From Rebecca billardiae RCC1528 (taxonomy: Eukaryota > Protista > Haptophyta), in contig OZ251245.1 of the NCBI GenBank assembly GCA_965240325.2, positions 248,001 through 312,000 on the forward strand: a stretch of 64,000 bases of DNA, given 5' to 3'. This document shows positions 56,440 to 64,000 of this stretch, piece after piece. Each line of letters begins with the position of its first letter. Within the stretch, counting starts at the first letter, position 1. The notes under the pieces were generated by a model. The model was not told the DNA's origin. It ran no database searches and saw nothing but the letters and a program-made list of their open reading frames with translations. The position numbers and the translations under genes were made by a program.

Positions 56440-57032
56440 TTACTTGAGCGGCACGAAGCGCGACGAGTTGGTGGCACCAATACCTGCGCGCCACGCGGTC
56501 GCACGGGCGAGCACGGGTGGTGCGGGTTCGGACTGGGGTGAGCCCGGTGCACGTGCGCGGCACGGCGGGCGGCTCGGCGCGCGGCGGCGCGTCGGACACC
56601 ACGCGCGCACGGCCCCGCCCACGCACCCGGGCGGCCGTGCTTCACCGGCTTGTAGGAGATGGAGAACTCGGCGAGGTAGTGGCCGACCATCTCGGGCTTG
56701 ATCTCGACCGCGTTGAAGACCTTGCCGTTGTACACGCCGACCACCGAGCCGATCATCTCGGGCACGATGATCATGTTGCGCAGGTGGGTCTTCACCACCT
56801 CCGGCTTGTCGTGCGGGCCGACGCACTCCTTCTTCGCCTTACGCAGCTTCTTGATCAGCGCCATCGGCTTCGCCTTCAGGCCGCGCGAGAACCTCCTGCG
56901 CGCACGGGCGTGCACGAGCTCGACGAACTGATCCATGGGCAGATCAAGCAGCGCATCGAGATCGACACCGCGGAAGGAGAACTTCCGGAAGGTGCGCTTC
57001 TTAGTCGCGGCGGCAGCCTCGTCCTCAGCCAT
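56440..57032 (-). CDS. RPS15: 40S ribosomal protein S15 (uS19)
   Basis: [16 protein letters not shown]...[10 protein letters not shown]...[20 protein letters not shown]|[13 protein letters not shown]; intron 56626-56484. Confidence 0.98.
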
Positions 57033-57474
57033 GGTGCTCGGTGCGTGCGGTGCCTACCAAGCGCAAAGCAGCCACGGGCGACGTAGCAAACGCGACGATG
57101 GGCGCGCACTCATTTTTTATTGGGTCCGGGCGAAGAGTATTTTCGAGTTTTTCGTTATGGCGGTTGGCGAGTGGGGAGGCCGATCGAAAGCAAGCGTGAA
57201 TCCGGACTCATCGCTCTGGTTTCTCCCGGACTCATCGTGCACAACTTGCGACAGCACACGGGTGCGTACCCGTATCCATACGTTTGCTCCGTTTGATATC
57301 GCGAAGTCCGTCAGTCCGAGCGACCGTTCCGCCAATCAGCGTCCACCCAACCAGTCCAGATTCTACGGATCGTGCATCGCGTAGCATCTACCGGAGGGGG
57401 CACCTTGTTGTGCTTTGCCGCCAGCTCTGTGCCGCGTCGTCGGAAACACAAACCCACCAGCAGCGCAGCGCGGG

Positions 57475-59542
57475 ATGGGCAAGCCGAGCACGGCGTTCAG
57501 CGCCGTGGGCGATGCGACGACGACCACGCTCACCGCGCTCTTCGCCGTCCTCCTCGCCTTCTACAACCCCATCGCGATCGTGTGGCCGGCGTTCCGCATC
57601 GTGCACATCTGCACGTACGCGGGCGTGCTCATGCTGGGCTCGGGCTCGTCGGTGATGCGCGATCGGCTGCTCCACGCGCCCCGGAACTGGGCCAGGTTCC
57701 CGCTGCGCTCGCTCGTCGAGTGGGCGTTCTGGCTCGCCTTCGTCGGCGGCGCGCAGCGGGTCGTCATCTCGACGCCGGGCAGCGCGTGCGTCGCCGCCGC
57801 GCTCGCGCTCGCCGTGTGCCGCGCGGGCGACGAGGCGACGAAGCTGCTCGAGCGCATGCGCCTCGCGCGCACGGCAAAGTCCTTCGACACCGCCGCCGGC
57901 TTCTTCCCCGACGGCTCCTCCATCGCGCCCGCCGGCGCGCGCGCCGTCTCGATGGCCGAGGTCCGCTCGCACAACAAGCGCGATGATGTCTGGCTGGTGA
58001 TCGACGGCGCGGTGATCGACGTGGGGCGCTGGGCGCACTCGCACCCGGGCGGGCCGCTGATTCTGCAGGCGCTCGGCGGGCGCGACGCCACAGACCAGTA
58101 CCGCGCGTTCCACGGCACGTCGATGGGCGCCAAGCTGCGCGCCATGTGTGTGGGCCGGCTCGAGCCGTCGTCCGCGGACGCGCCGTCGGCGGCTCAGACC
58201 GAGTTCCGCGCGCTCGGCGAGTCGCTGCGCGCGCGCGGCGCGTTCGCGTACCCGCTGCGCAAGACGCTCGCCCCGATGTACCTCCCGCTCGCGCTGATGG
58301 CCGCCGCCGTCCTCGTCCTCGCGCGCGCCTCGTCGCTCGACGGCTCCGCCGCGCTGCTCCTCGCTGCGCTCGGCGGCGCGCTGGCCGGGCTGTCTTGGCA
58401 GCAGATGTCGCTGTTCGGGCACGACCTCGGGCACGGCAACGTGACGGGGTTCTACGCGGACGACTGCGCGATCGCGCTGGTGCTCACGCCCATCTTCGGC
58501 ATCGGTGCGTCTCCGCCGCCGCGCGCGCCCGGCGCCTCGCCACCCCGCGCGCGCGCCGCCGGCCCGCCAAGCGTCTCTCGACTGACAACCCAACCACCGG
58601 TCCGCGCGCTCTGCTGTCCTCGAACGCGCGCCCACCGCCCACCTGACCGCAGGCATCTCCTGGTGGAAGGCGACGCACAACACGCACCACGTGCTGACCA
58701 ACTCGGAGACGCATGACCCGGACATCCAGCACATGCCCGTCTTCGCCGTCTCCGAGCGCATGCTCCGCGGCTTCTACTCCTACTACCACCAGAAGGTGTT
58801 CGCTTTTGATGCGCTGGCTCAGGGGTTGCTTGCGCGCCAGCATGTGCTCTACTATCCGATCATGGCGGTCGCCAAGGTGAACCTGTACGTGCAGACGCAC
58901 ATGTACCTGCTGCTCAACGCAACGCAGTCGTCGACGCTCGAGCTCGCCGGCATGCTCTGCCACTACGCCTCGATCGGCCTTGCGCTCTACTCGCTGCCGA
59001 CGATGGCGGCGCGCGCGGCGTGCTTTGCGGCGGCCATGGCTGTCGCCGGGCTCCTGCACGTCCAGATCACGCTCTCGCACTTCGGGATGGACACCTACGA
59101 GGTGCGCGCACGCCACGCGCCGGCTGCGGGGCAGAGGGGCCGCGGTGTCTCGCCGCCTGCTCACCCCGGTCCCCGCGCTCCTCCGCGTCCGCAGGGCACG
59201 CACTACCGCGCCTCGGACGAGTCGTGGTGGCACAAGCAGCTGTCTGGGACGATCGACGTGGTGTGCTCGCCGTGGCTGGACTGGTTCCACGGCGGCCTGC
59301 AGTACCAGACGGTGCACCATCTGTACCCGCGGCTGCCACGCTTCGCGCTGCGCCCGGCCTCCGCGGAGGTCGCGGCCGCCGCCGAGAAGAGCGGCCTCAC
59401 CTACCACCGCGCCTCGTTTGGGGCGGCCAACTTGCTCGTTCTCAACACGCTGCGCAAGACGGCGCGCGCGTGCCGCTCGGCCGCCCCCGGTGCCGCGCCG
59501 GGCGCGCCGCTGGTGTGGGACGCGCTGAACGCGCGCGGGTAG
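57475..59542 (+). CDS. Cytochrome b5-fused front-end desaturase (sphingolipid delta8/delta6-like) with hydrophobic N-terminal extension
   Basis: HPGG; His boxes HDLGH, HNTHH and QTVHH; DPDIQHMP. Introns 58505-58652 and 59102-59194. Confidence 0.93.
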
Positions 59543-60084
59543 GCGGCGAGGAGCGTTTCGCTCGGCGGCATCGCGCGCGACGCCTCGAGCGCATCAAGGC
59601 TCCCGGGATTGTCATCGGTCACGCGCCGGCACAGCAGCTTTTTGTTCGCGCGACCACATCAGCGCGCGCATCATTGATGCGTGATGTGATATTCCGAGCT
59701 ACGGGCAGCTACCGGGACACTGCCGACTGCCGGGGCATGCCAGGGTTCACCACCGTGACCAGCGAGCGCGGCCGCGGCCGCCCTTGGGTAGGTGGGGACT
59801 CAGCCCGACGATGATGAGAATATTATTGACGTAGCATGATGAATATGCTGCTTCTCTGATGCGCCGGTGCCTCCGAATACTGTACCGTCGAATAGCAGTG
59901 TGCGTCGTACATGTGCCCGGGCGGCCCGCCGCGCGGGCCGCGACCGCGTGCTCCGCGGGGCCCGCCGTCGGACCGTCGTCCGGCTGGCCGGCTGGGGGTG
60001 GGGCCTCAGTCTCCCCATCTGCCATTCGCCCGCCGAGGCAATGGCTTCTCGTGCGGACGCGCATGCGCTCCCCCCGCATCATAC

Positions 60085-60534
60085 TCAAAACCCGCCGCCG
60101 GTGTAGGAGCGGTCGACGCCCTCATGCACCAGCACGTCGTACCCCTCACGCAGCCCTGTCACATCCGCCGCGCCCATCTCCTTCAGCAGCGCTTCTGCCT
60201 TTGCGGCGCGAAAGCCCTTGGCGCAGTGGGTGTAGATGCGCTTGCTCAGGTCGACGCCCGCGGGCAGCTCCCCTTGTTGCAGCATCGAGAGCGGCGCGAA
60301 GATCGCGTCGTGCAGGTGCCCGCCCTCCCACTCGTCGCGCTCGCGGACGTCTAGGATCTGCGCCGCGCCCGAGTGGATCTCCAGCCCGACGTCGGTAAGC
60401 GTGTAGTCGTGGTCGCTCATGGTGGGGACGCACGAATGCCGGACTGAGGCTCGGGTGTGCGCACGCGCGGTCGGGTGGTTCGGGGCCACGAAGCCGGCCG
60501 CGCTGAAGAGGAGGACCGCGGCGTAAGCTGCCAT
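60085..60534 (-). CDS. Single-domain rhodanese, probably plastid-targeted
   Basis: ILDVRERDEWEGGHL.DA and HCAKGFRA active loop; bipartite-like leader (FSAAGFVAP). Confidence 0.88.
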   Translation of the reverse strand: MAAYAAVLLFSAAGFVAPNHPTARAHTRASVRHSCVPTMSDHDYTLTDVGLEIHSGAAQILDVRERDEWEGGHLHDAIFAPLSMLQQGELPAGVDLSKRIYTHCAKGFRAAKAEALLKEMGAADVTGLREGYDVLVHEGVDRSYTGGGF

Positions 60535-61035
60535 ATCAGATCGTGCACGACGCCGGAGAATCTCGTCTGCGTCCAGCTGCCGCCGCCGCCCGGTTGCGCC
60601 CCTGCCCGGACTTCCGAAACCGAGGGCGGAACGGCGGAAACGCCGACTGTCTGAACCGGCACTCGCAAACGGGCATGGTCTGTCCGCGTGCGTTGTGGGT
60701 ACCGTTGAACTGCGACGACACTAACTCGGCTTCACGTGTGACATTGTCACAGGGGGTGTTACTTACCCTACGCCTAGGCAACCCTCGGCACATTCGTGCG
60801 CGAGTATGAGGTGTTCTCGCGTAATCCGTGTCCCGCACGGCGGCCTCCCGCGGCCGCCCGCCCGCGGGCACCGCCCCGGGCAGGGCCGGCGTGCGGGAAA
60901 CTCCGAGGACAGATCAGAGTGCTGCCTAATCGGCATACCATCGGCACCTCCCGACGAAAGCCAGCCGAGCAGCCTCTTCACCCATGCCCCGCCCGAGAAG
61001 TCGGACCCGTTCACACTGTGGCGCCGTGCGCGCGC

Positions 61036-61950
61036 TCACCTCTCAGCCTCGAGAAGGGCCACGCGCCGCCCCGCCTCCGCGGCATCCGCGTCGAAGCCTG
61101 CGCGCTCGAAGAACGCCCGAATCGCCCGCTCTCGCGCGAGCGGGTCGAACCCACCCACCCCGCGCGCGAGCGTGTCCGCGAGCTTGCGAAGGTCGGTCGG
61201 ACAGAGTGCGAACGGGCGCGACTCGCTCTCGCCGAGATGATTCGAGCCGTTCATGACGCAGCGCGCCCAGACGCAGTGGCGGATGCCGAAGAGATGGCCG
61301 ATCTCGTGCACGAGCACCATGCAGCACCGCCGCAGGAAGTGCGCGTCCGACGACGCGCCCTCGCGGTACCGCGCAAAGCTGAACACGCCCGTGCCCGTGT
61401 CATGCGACGCCTCGCCAAAGACAAAGTTCCAGTCGGCGGCGTGTTTCGTCAGGTCGTGCGCGGTGATCGCGAGCGTGATGAAGGCGTCGGGCCGCGCGCC
61501 GCGAGCGAGATCAGCGTGGACGGCCTCCGTCGTCAGCTGGGGCCCGTAGCCCGCCTCTCGGCCGCACGCCGCTAGCGCCGCGTCGGCCGGCAGCGGCCTG
61601 CCGGTGCGGCACGGCAGGCAGTAGTGCGCGCGCACGCACTCAGCGAGCATCGCGAGGTGGTCGTCGGACAGGCCGGTCGCTCCGTACGGCACGAGCTCGA
61701 TGGTTGTCCTCCGCCGAGTGGGGAACGTGCGGTGAGGCCCGGGGCGCGTGAACTGCGCGAACGTCTGCCCACGCCTGTCCTTCTCGCCAGGCTCGCCCGT
61801 GGCAAGCCAGTCGCCGGAAGAGGGGAGGTTGAGCGGTTCGAAGAGTGCCCACGCGGCGCTGTCCGTCGTCAGCCGCGCGAGGGTGGGGTCCACCACTGGC
61901 GGCCCCGCCGACTGCACGCGGCTCTCGCCCGTCGGGGGGCGCCACCGCAT
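61036..61950 (-). CDS. Archaemetzincin (peptidase M54)
   Basis: WNFVFG, GVFSFARY and HEIGHLFGIRHC...CVMNGSNHL.ES..RP..LCP.DLRKL. Confidence 0.92.
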   Translation of the reverse strand: MRWRPPTGESRVQSAGPPVVDPTLARLTTDSAAWALFEPLNLPSSGDWLATGEPGEKDRRGQTFAQFTRPGPHRTFPTRRRTTIELVPYGATGLSDDHLAMLAECVRAHYCLPCRTGRPLPADAALAACGREAGYGPQLTTEAVHADLARGARPDAFITLAITAHDLTKHAADWNFVFGEASHDTGTGVFSFARYREGASSDAHFLRRCCMVLVHEIGHLFGIRHCVWARCVMNGSNHLGESESRPFALCPTDLRKLADTLARGVGGFDPLARERAIRAFFERAGFDADAAEAGRRVALLEAER

Positions 61951-62081
61951 CGTCGCGCGCGGTCGCAGCCGCCTGGACCGGTCCAACTGAAGACCGGCCG
62001 GGACGGCGCTCAGTCGCGCTGGGGGCTTCGGCGCTTCGTTCGCACTGTTCGCAAGCCGCCTCGGCACAAGAGCCAGCCACG

Positions 62082-64000
62082 ATGGCGCCGCACGCGCTAG
62101 CGGCGCTCGGCCTCGCGGCCGGCCTCGTGGCGGGCGGGCACCTCCTGGACGCGAGCTTCTGGGAGAGCACGCGAGACTGCTACTCGCCCGATGGCACATT
62201 GGGGCCCTGCCGCCCGGGCGTCGAGCTCTGCGCCCCGCCCGGCAGCGCGCTCGAAGAATCGCCAAGATTTCACATCGCCGACGCGACGTGCCGCGTCAAC
62301 GACCCGAACGGCCCGGTGTACGACCCGAAGCACGGCGTGTACCACCTGTTCTACCAGGACCACCTCGCTATGGGCCACGGGCGCGGCCCCATCTACGGCC
62401 ACGTCGCGTCGCGCGACATGGTGCACTGGGCGCGGCTGCCAGTCGCTATTTGGAACGACCAACCGTACGACTCGGTCGCCATCTACTCCGGCTCGGCGGT
62501 CGTGGACGACGACGGGAGCGTGGTGCAGATCTACCCCGGCCTGTGCAGGCGCGACACGTGGGACGCGTGCACCACCGGAACCAACCTCGCGATCGCGCTG
62601 CCAGAAGACCCGGCCGATCCGCTGCTCCGACTTTGGCAAAAGCCGAAGCAGTATAACCCGGTCGTGAACGGCACGCAGCGCGACCCGACGACGCCGTGGC
62701 GCGAGCGGAGCGGCGAGTGGCGCCTCACGACGTACAACACGATGATCTACGCCTCGCTCGACCTGCGCCGCTGGTACACGCTCGGCCACCAGCCCAATTT
62801 CGTCATTGCTGAATGTCCGGGCTTCTTCCCACTGCCGCCACTCGCGCCGGGCTCCGGGCGCGCGCCGGAGGGCACGCCTGCGTACACGCACGTGTACAAG
62901 TACTCGGTGGGTCGGAAGGACTGGATGGTCTTGGGCACGTACGAGGAGCGCGGCGCCGGCGTGCTCGGCGCGTGGACGCCCGCGCCCAACGCGCGCATCA
63001 TCGACCGCGGCGCGTCGTACGCGTCCAAGGATTTCTACGATCCGGCCGGGAGGTGTGCGCTGTGCGCGGCCCTGTCCTCCGTCCGGCTGTGGGCGTGGGT
63101 GCGCGTGCTTGCACAGCGGCTCTCCGTGGGCTGCGGGGGCGCAGCGTGGGTGCACAGCGGCTCTCATTGGGCTGCGGGGGCGCAGACAGGGCGGGCAGGG
63201 CCAGGCTGGCGCACGCCGTGCTGCGGCGGCCCGGGGACACGCAGAGCCCGTCACGCGGCAAGGGCGCCCCGCGCGCGCCCGGCTCACTGCTGCGCGCCCA
63301 CCGCCGCGCCGCGCGCGCCGCTGTCGCATCAGGCGGCGCATCAACTGGGCGTGGGCCCTAGTGCCGCCCGCCTCGGCCATGACCCTGCCGCGCGAGATCA
63401 CCTGGCACGCCGCCCTGCAGCAACTCGTCTTCTCGCCGCTCGAGGAGCAGGCCGCCCTCCGCGCGCGCGTGCTCGCGCGCGCGCGCAATCTGACTCTGAG
63501 TCGAGAGTCCGGTCGGATGCTTGTCCGTCCGTCGAGGGCGGCAGGCGCGCAGGCCGAGGTGCTGCTCGAGTTCGCTCTGCCCCGCATCGCGGCCACGTTT
63601 GGCGTGCGCGTGGGCGGCAGCGGCGAGGGCGACACTGGCTGCTTTTTCTTCGTGCGCTACCGGCCGCCGCCCGCGCGCCGCGCGCAGCCGTACACAGCTA
63701 TTGTCGGCGCACGGTGCACGGGCGGCCGCGGCGCGGACGACTGGAGTGCGGCTGATTTGCTGCAGCTGCTCCCGGCGGAGCGGAGCCTGCGCCTGCGCGT
63801 CTTTGCCGACCGCACGATGGCGGAGGGGTACTGGCAGGATGGGCGCGTGGCGCTCACCGCGCCCATCCCAGCCTGGCCGACCGACGGCGCGGGGCCGCCG
63901 CCAGCCGGCATCGACCTGATGGCGCGCGACGGCCGTGTCGCGGTGCTGAGCGCGGAGGTGCACGCGGTTGCGGACATCTGGGTGCCGCCCGAGCAACTGC
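62082..64000 (+). CDS. Secreted glycoside hydrolase family 32 (beta-fructofuranosidase-like), runs off the window
   Basis: Signal peptide; NDPNG, YSGS, RDP, ECP and YASKDF motifs; intron 63053-63332. Confidence 0.93.

Overview
Very GC-rich, compact eukaryotic nuclear DNA. Genes are interrupted by short spliceosomal introns (mostly GTGCG...CAG, one apparent GC-AG) and are often arranged head-to-head. Signal-peptide-bearing plastid enzymes, the intron style and the composition suggest a haptophyte alga, possibly Pavlovales; this is inference only. About 24 protein genes are recognisable: ISWI (with an HMG box), FabH/KAS III, GST, histone H3, a BASS/SLC10 symporter, organellar GyrA, Med22, two putative glycosyltransferases, an RCC1-repeat surface protein, SURF6/Rrp14, a thioredoxin, a ubiquitin-like protein, a TKL kinase, SMC1, p47/Shp1, a sulfotransferase, RPS15, a cytochrome b5-fused desaturase, a rhodanese, an archaemetzincin and a GH32. 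Two clusters of nested non-autonomous TIR elements lie at about 24.7-29.2 kb and 51.4-54.7 kb. The most striking gene (13892-17648) fuses a XopQ/HopQ1-like nucleoside-hydrolase domain, about 6 TM helices and a TIR-like domain. A second notable signal is that repeat copies diverge mainly by short, often micro-duplicating insertions. All homology calls come from motif recognition by eye, without database searches.
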